64,000 nucleotides of DNA from an uncultured Gammaproteobacteria bacterium (GCA_965230895.1 OZ246394.1:569316-633315), one strand, 5' to 3'. Shown: positions 36,911-49,103, counted from the first letter of the stretch. Numbers and translations: made by a program. The notes: generated from the sequence alone by a model not told the origin.

Positions 36911-37735
36911 ATGACGCAAAGTGAAAGTCAAGTTAAGGTTTTAAACATCAAAAAGTTCGCGGAGATCTGTCACACAACGCCAAGAACGTTACGGTTTTAT
37001 GAGCAAAAAGGATTGATTAGGCCGTATGCAATTGATCCTTTTACAAAATACCGGTCATATGATGCACGCCAAGCACGAGATTTCCTACGTATTAAATTGC
37101 TGCAAAATTTCGGAATTCCTCTCAATGAATTACAAGAACTTGTAAAGAATAAACAGTTACAACACAAGCTTGAACAACAATTAAAGCAAGTGAAAGAAGA
37201 TCTTGAGGAGAAGCAAAGGGAGTATACGTTTTTAAATGCAATGAATTCATTTCTCTTTGAAGAAGATATGAGCAATGTTTTTACGAAAGAGCTATTTCCT
37301 CAACGTAAACTTTTCTGCATGGAAGTTAAAGATGCGGATTATAAAGATATGGCTTTGTACCAAAAACAATTACTTGATGAAGCAAATCGACTCCATCTGT
37401 CCTTTGGAAAGGAACAATATACGTTCTATCACACAACTCGATATGAACCAAAAGGGACGAAGTTAGAACTTGCAGTAGCGTGTGATCAAAATCGTAAAAA
37501 TCTAACCTTCGCTTCAGGATTCTCTTTCAAACAATTCCCAAAAACTGAAGCACTTGTTTATACCTACGAAGGACCATATGAGTACTTTAGCGTTATTTAC
37601 CAAAAACTTTATAGTTATATTGAGCAGCACAAGATCAAATTAACAGGAAATGTATTTGATGTGTATGACCTTTCGTATAAACAAAAATCGAAATATGCAA
37701 TGAAGACAAAACTAGTATTCCCTGTGAAGCACTAA
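36911..37735 (+). CDS. MerR-family regulator with GyrI-like effector domain (BmrR/BltR-like)
   Basis: IKKFAEIC.TTPRTLRFYEQKGLI.P...YRSY; coiled coil; YEGPYE...Y..L..YI. Confidence 0.9.
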   Translation: MTQSESQVKVLNIKKFAEICHTTPRTLRFYEQKGLIRPYAIDPFTKYRSYDARQARDFLRIKLLQNFGIPLNELQELVKNKQLQHKLEQQLKQVKEDLEEKQREYTFLNAMNSFLFEEDMSNVFTKELFPQRKLFCMEVKDADYKDMALYQKQLLDEANRLHLSFGKEQYTFYHTTRYEPKGTKLELAVACDQNRKNLTFASGFSFKQFPKTEALVYTYEGPYEYFSVIYQKLYSYIEQHKIKLTGNVFDVYDLSYKQKSKYAMKTKLVFPVKH

Positions 37736-37736
37736 A

Positions 37737-38147
37737 CTAAGAGGCGAGGTTTAATTGCCAAGAAACACCATATCGATCAGAAATCCATCCAAATTTTTTG
37801 CTAAATCCATAATTGTCCAGAGGCATCATAACTGTACCATCTTGTGAAAGCTTTTGGAACAGTAACTCAAGTTCTTTTTCGTCCTCACAATTGACATATA
37901 TAGACATCGATGGCGTGAAGCTAAAGCCATGCTCAAAGGTGTTTTCGCTTGCCATATATTCAAGGCCATCAATGGTAAAGGTAGCCTGCTTTACGAGACC
38001 TTCTTTTCCACCCGGTTCACCATTCTTCCAATACTCAATGTGTTTTATCTCTGAATTCTTGAAAAGCGAAGTATAAAATTTTATTGCTTCCTCAGCTTTT
38101 CCGCATTGTTCTCCTACAAACATTAAAAAGGTTGTCGTTTTTTGCAT
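37737..38147 (-). CDS. VOC/PhnB (3-demethylubiquinone-9 methyltransferase-like) protein
   Basis: TTFLMF, AEEAIKFY, FSFTPSMS, GWISDRYGVSWQL. Confidence 0.9.
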   Translation of the reverse strand: MQKTTTFLMFVGEQCGKAEEAIKFYTSLFKNSEIKHIEYWKNGEPGGKEGLVKQATFTIDGLEYMASENTFEHGFSFTPSMSIYVNCEDEKELELLFQKLSQDGTVMMPLDNYGFSKKFGWISDRYGVSWQLNLAS

Positions 38148-38181
38148 AATATTATGAAGAAAGTCTATGAAATCCGTATTG

Positions 38182-38253
38182 TGAGCCGACCGGGATTCGA
38201 ACCCGGGACCAAGAGCTTAAAAGGCTCCTGCTCTACCGCTGAGCTATCGGCCC
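38182..38253 (-). tRNA. tRNA-Lys(TTT), CCA not encoded
   Basis: Reverse complement GGGCCGATAGCTCAGCGGTAGAGCAGGAGC-CTTTTAA-GCTCTTGGTCCCGGGTTCGAATCCCGGTCGGCTCA. Confidence 0.95.
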
Positions 38254-38347
38254 AATTGATAGCTGTAAAACAGACAAACTTAATTATACCAACCCGTGAG
38301 GCTATTGACAAGTAAAGCGTATCATGGGATACTCTCATATAATAAAC

Positions 38348-39010
38348 ATGGTCCCCGAAGTTGCAGATACACTATTGGATTCATTGAACAGAGGGCTGCT
38401 AACAGCCGCTTCTTTTGTGCCTAATTTACTCTCTGGAACTGTCATCCTCCTCATTGGTATCGTCATTGGCGCAGTGGTCAAAAGACTTATTTTGGGTATC
38501 TTTGGCGCGATGAAAATCGAAGCGTATTTGAAACGATATGGTATTCCTGAGGCAAATAAGGAATTCAGTTGGAGTAATATCCTTTCAGAAATTGCTCGTT
38601 GGTTTGTCGTAGTGCTCTTTCTTATCCCAACAGCTGAGATCTGGGGATTGCCACAGGTTGCAACTATTTTAAATACATTCCTTTTGTACCTTCCAAATGT
38701 TTTCGTCGCAGCGATTATCGGATTGGTAGGGCTTGTATTTGCTAGACTCGCATCTGATGTCGTAGCTGCTTCAACAAGAGAATTAAATCCGGGAGTTTCG
38801 AAGACTGTTGCTTCAGTTGTCCGAATTGCCTTAACTATTTTCGTACTTCTCGCTGTTCTTAATCAACTTGGCGTTGCACAGGATCTTATCCGAATTCTCT
38901 TTACTGGATTTGTAGCGATGATCGCTCTTGCTGGAGGAATTGCATTTGGATTGGGTGGTAAAGATTTCGCTAAAACACTTCTCGATAGCCTCAAGAAAAA
39001 AGTTAAGTAG
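38348..39010 (+). CDS. TM_helix-repeat (CmpX/MscS-associated) membrane protein
   Basis: FVPNLLSG and YLPNVFVA repeats; LNQLGVA; GIAFGLGGKD. Confidence 0.82.
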   Translation: MVPEVADTLLDSLNRGLLTAASFVPNLLSGTVILLIGIVIGAVVKRLILGIFGAMKIEAYLKRYGIPEANKEFSWSNILSEIARWFVVVLFLIPTAEIWGLPQVATILNTFLLYLPNVFVAAIIGLVGLVFARLASDVVAASTRELNPGVSKTVASVVRIALTIFVLLAVLNQLGVAQDLIRILFTGFVAMIALAGGIAFGLGGKDFAKTLLDSLKKKVK

Positions 39011-39034
39011 TACTCACTGAATAGAGCTGAAGTC

Positions 39035-39991
39035 TTAATTAAGGAAATTCTTTATCAACTCACTTACTTCTTCTGTACTTTCAAATAACACTGCATGTCC
39101 TGAATTCGGTATGATATGTAATTGTGAATTCTTAATAAGGTTATGTACTTTCTTGGCATTTCGCACATCTGTGAATTCATCTCGTTCTCCTGTAATCAGC
39201 AACGTTGGAGCTGAAATATTCTTAAGATTATTATATCTTTTATTCTCTGCCGTTTGATCCGCGAAGGCTAATTGCTGCGCAATCTTGGCATTGAGACTTT
39301 CCCCCAATCCATGTGGGACTTCATTGCTTTGCTTTGCAAGCTTTAACTCATCAAGATATTCATCTTTTTGGTCTTGATCCTCAAACATCATTGGGACGTA
39401 GAATTCTTCCCAGTTTGCTGCGATATTCTGCTGCACACTATCTTGAATTCGCTTCGGCGCAGGGTAGATTTCTTTGCCTCCTGGCGTCGTTGAAACAAGG
39501 ATCAATTTATTGACCTTGTGAGGATAATCTTCTGCTATATTTTGTGCGACAAAGCTACCAAGCGACCAACCTAAGATATCCGCCTTTTCAATCTTTAAAG
39601 CATCCATAAGTTCTATGACATCTTCAGCCATTTGATGCTGAGTCATGCCTTGTACATCACCAGTTGATTGTCCAACGCCTCGATAATCATAGACAATAAT
39701 CTTGTGTCCTTTTGAGAGCTCCCGAAGAAGTTCTGGATCCCAATGTTGCATGGTCATACCAAAACCTGGTATTAAAATAATTGGATCCCCTTCTCCCCGA
39801 GTATAATACGCGATATCCGCCCGTTTGATATGTGCATGTTCTACATCCACAGTAAACTTGGGTGCAGAATAGACGGTATAAGCTAAAACACTAAAATAGG
39901 ATGCGAAGACTACTGTGTAGACGATAATAATCAGATGGAGTACTGGAAGTTTTAGTAATTTGCGACGCCAAACACGGATTTTCCTCTTCAT
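39035..39991 (-). CDS. Membrane-anchored alpha/beta hydrolase
   Basis: DYRGVGQS, GWSLGS, PTLLITGERD, SGH. Confidence 0.9.
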   Translation of the reverse strand: MKRKIRVWRRKLLKLPVLHLIIIVYTVVFASYFSVLAYTVYSAPKFTVDVEHAHIKRADIAYYTRGEGDPIILIPGFGMTMQHWDPELLRELSKGHKIIVYDYRGVGQSTGDVQGMTQHQMAEDVIELMDALKIEKADILGWSLGSFVAQNIAEDYPHKVNKLILVSTTPGGKEIYPAPKRIQDSVQQNIAANWEEFYVPMMFEDQDQKDEYLDELKLAKQSNEVPHGLGESLNAKIAQQLAFADQTAENKRYNNLKNISAPTLLITGERDEFTDVRNAKKVHNLIKNSQLHIIPNSGHAVLFESTEEVSELIKNFLN

Positions 39992-40069
39992 AAGAACGCA
40001 TTATAGCATTTCTACTTAAGATGACAAATGAGCTTGTTTTTGGTAAAATACAGTTTAGTCAGATATTCT

Positions 40070-40144
40070 GGCCCCTTCTTCTATCGGTTAGGAAATCGGG
40101 CTTTCATCCCGGGAAGACGAGTTCGACTCTCGTAGGGGTCACCA
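40070..40144 (+). tRNA. tRNA-Glu(TTC), CCA encoded
   Basis: GGCCCCTTCTTCTATCGGTTAGGAAATCGGG-CTTTCAT-CCCGGGAAGACGAGTTCGACTCTCGTAGGGGTCACCA. Confidence 0.95.
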
Positions 40145-40152
40145 ACAAAGAC

Positions 40153-40174
40153 AGCTCCGCAAGGAGCTTTTTTT
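40153..40174 (+). terminator. Intrinsic terminator after tRNA-Glu
   Basis: AGCTCC-GCAA-GGAGCT followed by a T run. Confidence 0.85.
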
Positions 40175-40232
40175 GTACTTTCTCAAAAGTAAGTAGTGTA
40201 CGTTATAATATAAAACATGCTACCATCGCTAT

Positions 40233-40811
40233 ATGTTAAAGCTTCACGTTATCATCGGTAGTACTCGTCCAGGCAGAGTTGGATTACCTATCGGAGAATG
40301 GATCTACGAACAAGCAAAGAAGAATACAGAGTTTGAGACAAAGCTCGTAGATCTCGCAGAAATTAACCTCCCGTTCTTGGATGAACCAAATCATCCTCGT
40401 TTTCAACAATATACAAAAGAACACACGAAGCAATGGAGTGCTCTGATAAATGAAGCTGATGCATATATTTTTGTAACTCCTGAGTACAATTTCTCAATGC
40501 CAGCACCTCTTAAAAATGCTATTGATTACCTCCATCATGAATGGAAATACAAACCAGCGGGTATTACATCCTATGGTGGTGTCTCAGCAGGGACACGTTC
40601 TGCACAGATGCTTAAACAAGTATTAACGGGCGTTGGAATAATGCCAATTCAAGAAGGGATTTATATGCCAATGATTCGAGATCATATAGGTGAAAAAGGT
40701 GAGTTTATCAATACCGAGCGATATGAGCATTCTGTACAAGTACAACTTGAACAGTTAGCAATCTGGGGAAAACATCTTAAAAGCCTTCGTGAAGAATTAC
40801 AGCAGAAATAA
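40233..40811 (+). CDS. NADPH-dependent FMN reductase
   Basis: GSTRPGR, VTPEYN, LKNAIDYL, SYGGVSAG. Confidence 0.92.
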   Translation: MLKLHVIIGSTRPGRVGLPIGEWIYEQAKKNTEFETKLVDLAEINLPFLDEPNHPRFQQYTKEHTKQWSALINEADAYIFVTPEYNFSMPAPLKNAIDYLHHEWKYKPAGITSYGGVSAGTRSAQMLKQVLTGVGIMPIQEGIYMPMIRDHIGEKGEFINTERYEHSVQVQLEQLAIWGKHLKSLREELQQK

Positions 40812-40814
40812 TGT

Positions 40815-42584
40815 TTAATAGATATCGAATTTCTCCAAAAGTTTCTTATTTCCTTCAACTTGGTAATGAAGAAGTTCTGAATAAATACCCTTCTTCTGTG
40901 ACAATGCTTTTGGAGTACCACTTTCGACAATCTTTCCTTCGCTAACTACCAAAACAGTATCAACATTTTGGATTGTACTGAAACGATGTGCGATGATAAT
41001 AACCAATTTATTCTTCATCAATTGCTCCAACGCATCCTGCACTTCTTTCTCAGATTTTGCATCAAGACTTGAGGTTGCTTCATCAAGGATAAGGATTGGA
41101 GCATTTTTGAGAATTGCTCGAGCAATTTGGATTCTTTGCTTCTGTCCGCCAGACAATCGGACACCACGTTCTCCAACTTCACTATCAATTTGCTTTGGTA
41201 GCTTCATCACGAAATCATAGGCATTTGCGAGCTTTAATGCTTTGACTACTTCAGCATCAGTTGCATCAGGTCGACCATATGCGACATTTTCTTTGATTGA
41301 TGTAGAGAACAATTCATTATTTTGGAAAACCAAAGAAATATTATTTCGGACAAATGCATGATCAAGCTCAGTATATTCTTTGTCTTTGAGGAGAATCTTT
41401 CCACTTGTTGGATCATAAAACTTCAAAATTAAATTGATGATTGTCGACTTACCAGCACCACTATGTCCAACGAGAGCTACAGATTCGTTCTTCTTAATGG
41501 TAAAGCTTACATTATGTAACACTTTTCCTTCATCGTTATAACTAAATCCAACATCTTGGAAAGTAATTGTCGGATCTTTCACCTTTGCTTCTTTTGATTT
41601 CTTTGTATAGTCCTCTTTTGATTCGAGATCCAGCACTTCAAGATATTCTTTGGAACCTGCTTCTGCCATTTGGAGTTGTGTCAGAATAAATGACATCGCA
41701 AACAATGGAATTCTCGCCTGGTTGACCAATTGCAAAATCAAAACCATTTCACCGATAGAAAGTCGGCCTACAAATGTTTCATAGAAGACGATTATGTTAA
41801 TGATAAAAAGAATGATATTGAGTGATAAACCACGGAAGAAATCAAAGATGTGGAATGTCTGACTTTGTCGAGCATAGATCTTATTAATATCAGTCAAGTC
41901 TTTTGAGGCTGTGTCATATTCAATCTTTTCGCTTGTGAAACTCTTTACCAAACTAATATTGGCAATCACTTCCTGCATTCTCCCACGATTACGATCTTCA
42001 ATCGCATTCTTAAGAACTTCTTCTTTACCCCATTTCACGGTCGAGTAATATGAAATTGTTAAATAAACTGGAAACAAAATGAAAGTGAAGAACGCGATTG
42101 GCAAATTATAGTAAGCAAGAACCACAATGGTAAAAATACTTTGGACAAAGGTCGGCAAAATGAAATTGGTTGCAGTATTAAGGAAACCTTGAGTGGATGT
42201 AATTCCTCGAGAAAGTTGATTAACAACCTTCCCTGAGATTTCGGAATCGAAGTAAGATTGTGGAAGTCGTAAAACTTTATCATAAAACTTTTCAGTTAAG
42301 AACTGCCGCATTCTTCCAGCGAAATGATCACCAATTCGCTCAGAAACTGAATTGGTTACCAATCCAAGTAAGTTCATTCCAAATGAAATGATAATTAACG
42401 TAATGAGCCACTGTACATTCCCGCGGCCCCCTGAGACTTGTGCCACAATTTCATCGACAATGAATTTTGAAAGGATAGGAGCTATCAAACCGAGAATCGC
42501 ACCAAACAAGATAAGCAGCGCTAAAATGATAACCAAATGGTGGAGCGGTCTTGATATCTTAATAATCTTTGCCAGATTTTTCAT
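40815..42584 (-). CDS. ABC exporter, fused permease/ATPase (MsbA/MdlB-like)
   Basis: 6-TM domain; GHSGAGKS, LSGGQKQR, ILDEATSSLD, IAHR. Confidence 0.93.
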   Translation of the reverse strand: MKNLAKIIKISRPLHHLVIILALLILFGAILGLIAPILSKFIVDEIVAQVSGGRGNVQWLITLIIISFGMNLLGLVTNSVSERIGDHFAGRMRQFLTEKFYDKVLRLPQSYFDSEISGKVVNQLSRGITSTQGFLNTATNFILPTFVQSIFTIVVLAYYNLPIAFFTFILFPVYLTISYYSTVKWGKEEVLKNAIEDRNRGRMQEVIANISLVKSFTSEKIEYDTASKDLTDINKIYARQSQTFHIFDFFRGLSLNIILFIINIIVFYETFVGRLSIGEMVLILQLVNQARIPLFAMSFILTQLQMAEAGSKEYLEVLDLESKEDYTKKSKEAKVKDPTITFQDVGFSYNDEGKVLHNVSFTIKKNESVALVGHSGAGKSTIINLILKFYDPTSGKILLKDKEYTELDHAFVRNNISLVFQNNELFSTSIKENVAYGRPDATDAEVVKALKLANAYDFVMKLPKQIDSEVGERGVRLSGGQKQRIQIARAILKNAPILILDEATSSLDAKSEKEVQDALEQLMKNKLVIIIAHRFSTIQNVDTVLVVSEGKIVESGTPKALSQKKGIYSELLHYQVEGNKKLLEKFDIY

Positions 42585-42609
42585 ACCCTTATTTTACAAC
42601 AAACGCATC

Positions 42610-42671
42610 TGTCATGCTGAACTTGTTTCAGCATCTTTAATTAAAGATCCCGAAATAAATTCGGGATGACA
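42610..42671. repeat. REP/REPIN-like palindrome doublet, copy 3
   Basis: TGTCATGCTGAACTTGTTTCAGCATC-tttaattaaa-GATCCCGAAATAAATTCGGGATGACA. Confidence 0.85.
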
Positions 42672-42699
42672 TTTAAATCTATTACGCAATCTATACTAT

Positions 42700-42720
42700 A
42701 TACTGCTATACTAGCAGTAT
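42700..42720 (+). promoter_or_regulatory. Perfect inverted repeat over the -10 box of the DinB-family gene
   Basis: ATACTGCTA-TAC-TAGCAGTAT contains TGcTATACT and abuts the ATG. Confidence 0.55.
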
Positions 42721-43206
42721 ATGACTGAAGAGAAATACATCCGAGACGAATTAGTTTTCCACCTGACGCAAGGTCATGCACACATGCCTTTTGTGGAAGC
42801 AGTCGCTAATTTCCCAGAAGAACATTATAATACCGTTTTTACAAATGGTGACTACACCTTTTGGCATTTGCTTGAACATATCCGACGGACACAAAAAGAT
42901 ATTTTGGATTTCATGACTGATCCAGACTATAAAGAACCTTCATGGCCACGGGATTACTGGCCAGCAAAAGATGCAAAAGCGACAAAGGCTGATTGGGAGA
43001 AAACAGTTCATAGTTTTAAAGCCGATCAAGAGAAATTAAAAGCATACATTGAAGATCCAAAGACAGATTTATACGAAAAGATTGCAAGAGGCACCGGTCA
43101 AACAGTATTCCGGGAAATTAGGGTAATCGTTGATCACAATGCTTACCACATTGGAGAGTTTGCAATTATGCGACAAGTCCATGATACATGGGGGAAGAAT
43201 CACTAG
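42721..43206 (+). CDS. DinB/YfiT-family putative metalloenzyme
   Basis: WHLLEHIR, YWP, DHNAYHIGE His motif. Confidence 0.88.
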   Translation: MTEEKYIRDELVFHLTQGHAHMPFVEAVANFPEEHYNTVFTNGDYTFWHLLEHIRRTQKDILDFMTDPDYKEPSWPRDYWPAKDAKATKADWEKTVHSFKADQEKLKAYIEDPKTDLYEKIARGTGQTVFREIRVIVDHNAYHIGEFAIMRQVHDTWGKNH

Positions 43207-43463
43207 AGAGCCATCCAGAGAGATTTATCTAAGAATGCTTTTAATGCTTGTTTTGTCTCCTGAGGGCTTCGATATTTTCCTTCATTTTCAACAGTAATAG
43301 TTTTTCTTTTGGAAATCCGCTCAGTACCATAGACGACATGGACCTTAAAACTTCCATCATCAGTTCCCAACCTTTTTGAAACTTCCAAGGCTTTGTCAGG
43401 ATTTATTCCTTTATATTGTTTTCTATTAATAGTGAGATAGACTTTGGGTTCGATCTTTTTCAT
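43203..43463 (-). CDS. Small basic hypothetical protein
   Basis: 86-aa ORF; upstream TACAAT. Confidence 0.55.
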   Translation of the reverse strand: MKKIEPKVYLTINRKQYKGINPDKALEVSKRLGTDDGSFKVHVVYGTERISKRKTITVENEGKYRSPQETKQALKAFLDKSLWMAL

Positions 43464-43521
43464 AACAAAACCCTATTGTAAGGATTTGTGGCTAAAATGC
43501 AAGTACTAAATCAAATTTCGT

Positions 43522-43932
43522 TTATACGTGACTTTCTCGTCGGGCATTAAAGAAGGTTTGGAAGAATGATGGTTTTGCTTCCTTTGGTTCAACCTCATGA
43601 GCATTTTCTACATGCTGCTCTCTTTGAGCAAGGAGTTGGGCGTTTTCTGTTTCAAGACTTTGTACTTTATCTTGGAGAGCGTGAATCTCTTCTTGATCAT
43701 GTGCAATAACTTTTTCTTTGCCGCGGAGCTTTTGATATGCTTCAAGCGAATTCATACCACTGATAATAGAAGATAATAATACTCCAAGAACAATTGATGA
43801 AATGATAACAAAGTAAAGTGGAACGTTTGCAATAACATTATTTGCAACGACCAGTGTGACACCGATGGTGTTTTGGATTGCAAAATATGCAACTGCTAAA
43901 GCGAAAAGCATTACAACTATTAAACTTAACAT
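43522..43932 (-). CDS. LapA/DUF1049-domain membrane protein
   Basis: FAIQNT..V; PLY..I..S...G; two TMs followed by a coiled coil. Confidence 0.8.
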   Translation of the reverse strand: MLSLIVVMLFALAVAYFAIQNTIGVTLVVANNVIANVPLYFVIISSIVLGVLLSSIISGMNSLEAYQKLRGKEKVIAHDQEEIHALQDKVQSLETENAQLLAQREQHVENAHEVEPKEAKPSFFQTFFNARRESHV

Positions 43933-43997
43933 AACTCTATGTTAAAGGATGGGATTGAGAAAGAAGTTAAAAAAGAGTAAGGTCTCTGCAAGAAGAA

Positions 43998-44960
43998 TTA
44001 GAGATTTGCTTTATAATCTGTAAGAACAGATTTGAGGTCTTCAATCTTCTTCGTTTCCATCAACTTAACTCGTAATTCAGAAGCCTCAGGGAAATTACTA
44101 ATGTATGTTTTCGCAAACTTTTTCAAATTCGCGAAATTCCGCTCTCCACCCCAGGTTTTGATAAAGATATTAATATGATAAAGGAAAAGATCAACACGTT
44201 GTAACACTGTTATGTCTTCCATACGAACATTTGGATTAAACATCCAAGGGTTAGCAAAAATTCCTCGACCAACCATATATCCATCAGCATTATATTGAGT
44301 AAACTTATCTTGAATATCTGTTAATGAAGTAATATCACCATTGCCTATCAATGTTGTCTCAGGCGCAATCTCATCACGCATCTTTTTAACTGCAGGCATG
44401 TATTCCCAATGTGCTGGGACTTTGGACATTTCCCGGACAGTTCTAAGATGGACTGTTAATGCAGCAATTTTTTGTTCGAGCAAAAAAGTAATCCATTCTT
44501 CCTTTTGGTCATGATCAAAACCCACGCGTGTCTTCACACTTACAGGCAAATCACCTGCTCCTTTCTTCGTCGCTTCAATGATTTCTCCCGCCAAACTCGG
44601 ATTCTTAATTAATGCAGAACAAGCTCCACCTTTAATAACCGTCCTGTCAGGACAGCCCATATTGATATCGATTCCATCAAATCCGAGCTCAACCAATTCC
44701 TGTGCCGTACGATAAAAGAAATCTGGTTTTGTACCCCAAATCTGCGCAATGATTGGACGCTGCGCCGGCAAATATTGAAAGTTCTCTAAAACTTTTTGAC
44801 GCCCATGCGAAAATAAACCTTCAGTCATCGTAAATTCTGTAAACAAGACATCGGGCTTGCCTATCTCAGATATAACCTGTCTGAAAACAACATCTGTCAC
44901 CCCGTCAAGTGGCGCAAGAACTGTAAAAGGTCTCGGTAAATCTTTCCAAGCAAATTTCAT
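43998..44960 (-). CDS. tRNA-dihydrouridine synthase (Dus family)
   Basis: LAPLDGVTD, IDINMGCP, PVSVKTRVG, VHLRT, GNGDI, MVGRG. Confidence 0.93.
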   Translation of the reverse strand: MKFAWKDLPRPFTVLAPLDGVTDVVFRQVISEIGKPDVLFTEFTMTEGLFSHGRQKVLENFQYLPAQRPIIAQIWGTKPDFFYRTAQELVELGFDGIDINMGCPDRTVIKGGACSALIKNPSLAGEIIEATKKGAGDLPVSVKTRVGFDHDQKEEWITFLLEQKIAALTVHLRTVREMSKVPAHWEYMPAVKKMRDEIAPETTLIGNGDITSLTDIQDKFTQYNADGYMVGRGIFANPWMFNPNVRMEDITVLQRVDLFLYHINIFIKTWGGERNFANLKKFAKTYISNFPEASELRVKLMETKKIEDLKSVLTDYKANL

Positions 44961-45000
44961 AGACCTATATTTTACTACAAATTGAGGAACTAGTATATCT

Positions 45001-45055
45001 TCACTGAACGAAACACAGTTGCGTTGAAGTGTCTAGTCTTCGACTGCGCTCAGGC
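45001..45055. repeat. Second type of REP-like palindromic element (degenerate)
   Basis: CACTGAACG...GTTGAAGTG followed by CTTCGACTGCGCTCAG; the two halves are imperfect reverse complements; single copy in the window. Confidence 0.4.
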
Positions 45056-45062
45056 AATAAAA

Positions 45063-46175
45063 CTATTTTGCAGTATCACTTCCGATGGTCACAACAACAT
45101 CGGTTGCTTGAGAAGCTGGAGCTGGAGCAGATGAAACTTTAACAACGAAATCTTTTTCAAGTTCTGCTTTGAGCTTATCGATATATGCTTGCTCAACATC
45201 TTTCTTTGCTGAGATTTCGGTCTCAGTGAAGTTACTGTTTGCCGCATTTCCTGTAGTACCAACTTTAAATCCAGCAGTGGTCAAAGAAGTTTTTACTTCA
45301 GCAGCTTTACCTTTAATACCACTTCCATTCAAAACAGAAACAGTATATGCTGCCAAATCAACTGGCTTTTCTGTAGGAGCAACTGTTGGTTGGACGGCTG
45401 TTGTAGGAACAGCTGTTGGCTGTGCCACTGGCGGCTGGACAGCTTTCCCTATTTCAGAAACAAATGGAAGTTCTTTTGGAATTGAGACACCTGGAAGAAT
45501 TCCAGAACTGAGTACAGCCATCGCACCAAGTCCGAGAATAAATGAGAATAATGCGATAACAAGGAAGTAAACGAGGAAATGACGCTTTTTACCACCGGCT
45601 TCTCCGGTATCGTCATTTTCATCTTGAATACTAAAAGCACTTGGCGGTGGTGTTGAAGAAAGCTCTTCACCATTTGAACTACTTAATTCTGAAGTTTCGG
45701 ATTTGGATTCTGTTCCTGTTTCTGGTTCAACGACTGGAGACAAAACATCTGTGGTACTTGCTTCTGGCTCTTTATCTTCTTCGCTTGCTTTTTCATCAAC
45801 TGCTTTTGAAGCATCAGTATCAATTACAAAATTATCTGAAGAGATAACCTTTTCTTCTTCTTTTTCTTCAGATTTATCAGTGGATGTAGGCTCTTCACTT
45901 GAGAGAGTTGAGGAGAGATCCGAAGAAAGTTCTTTTTCACTTTCTTCAATTGCCATTATTTTCTTTGCGGCTTCTGTTGGTTCTGCTGGCTCAACAGGTT
46001 CGCTTAATTCTGGAGTTTCTTTCACTTCTTCAGTCTTTTTCGGTTCTTCTGATACTTTTGGTTTTTCTTCAGTAGGAGCTACTACCTTCTCTTCTTCGGC
46101 AGCTTTTGGTTTTACTTCTTCTTCTTTCTTTGGTTTACCAAATGTTATAGATTTGGCACGTTTTCGTGTCTGCAT
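45063..46175 (-). CDS. Acidic disordered protein with TM and LytR C-terminal domain
   Basis: Glu/Ser-rich N-terminus; TM; VSVLNGSGIKGKA...GNA...DVVVTIG. Confidence 0.85.
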   Translation of the reverse strand: MQTRKRAKSITFGKPKKEEEVKPKAAEEEKVVAPTEEKPKVSEEPKKTEEVKETPELSEPVEPAEPTEAAKKIMAIEESEKELSSDLSSTLSSEEPTSTDKSEEKEEEKVISSDNFVIDTDASKAVDEKASEEDKEPEASTTDVLSPVVEPETGTESKSETSELSSSNGEELSSTPPPSAFSIQDENDDTGEAGGKKRHFLVYFLVIALFSFILGLGAMAVLSSGILPGVSIPKELPFVSEIGKAVQPPVAQPTAVPTTAVQPTVAPTEKPVDLAAYTVSVLNGSGIKGKAAEVKTSLTTAGFKVGTTGNAANSNFTETEISAKKDVEQAYIDKLKAELEKDFVVKVSSAPAPASQATDVVVTIGSDTAK

Positions 46176-46237
46176 AATTATTAACCTACTTTAATTAAAA
46201 AGCATAGAAAAGCGTTTGTCAATCGAAAATATTGAGG

Positions 46238-46825
46238 CTAATTAGCCAAACTCTTTTTGATCTTAACTGTCGAGTAATAAATTGGATCACGGAATAAAAA
46301 GTAAAAGAAATTACAGAACAATCCGAAAAGGATTGTTAAACCAATCAGTTCTGCTGACGTCAGTAACGATATTACGGCATCTACTATTTTATATGGTGCT
46401 GCAAAGACATCCCAAGAATTTACTCGTTCAACTCTTCCCAAAACGATTCCGAAAGCAATAATAAAATTAAACAGAATAATTGCCCACACTTTTTCTACTT
46501 TTTTATAACGCATCCAACTTAAAATATGCTCAAATGGGCGGAAACCAAGAATATAGGCAACAAAGCCAATGAGTTGTAAAATGACAAACTGCATGACGAC
46601 CACAAGCCGTTCAATTCCACCCACTCTTCCCCATTGATGGATAAGATGTATCATGTCTGTGAGTAAGTAAATAGAATTGGGCAAAAAAAGTAGCCACAGG
46701 ATACCTGTCACAACTTGTACAACTTTATTGTGGGATCGAATAAAAAAGTAAGCAAATAAAACTGGGAGTATCGCGAGGAAGATATTAAATGCCATCCACG
46801 AGATATTAAAAAGGATAATGGGCAT
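46238..46825 (-). CDS. DUF1361 membrane protein
   Basis: NIFLAILP, WLLFLPNSIYLLTDMIH, GIVLGRVERVNSWD. Confidence 0.88.
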   Translation of the reverse strand: MPIILFNISWMAFNIFLAILPVLFAYFFIRSHNKVVQVVTGILWLLFLPNSIYLLTDMIHLIHQWGRVGGIERLVVVMQFVILQLIGFVAYILGFRPFEHILSWMRYKKVEKVWAIILFNFIIAFGIVLGRVERVNSWDVFAAPYKIVDAVISLLTSAELIGLTILFGLFCNFFYFLFRDPIYYSTVKIKKSLAN

Positions 46826-46899
46826 TACCCTATTCTACCGATTCCAAAGGTTTGGGTCAAACCTTGCTTCCGTTCTACGTTTTCATTATAATCCTGAGT

Positions 46900-49103
<2,204 letters not shown>

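Noticed and set aside
40021-40239. 72-aa ORF in the track
   Set aside because: It overlaps tRNA-Glu and its terminator.
46826-46899. SAH riboswitch upstream of the ahcY operon
   Set aside because: The -10 box lies 7 nt from the ATG, leaving no leader, and no riboswitch consensus is visible.
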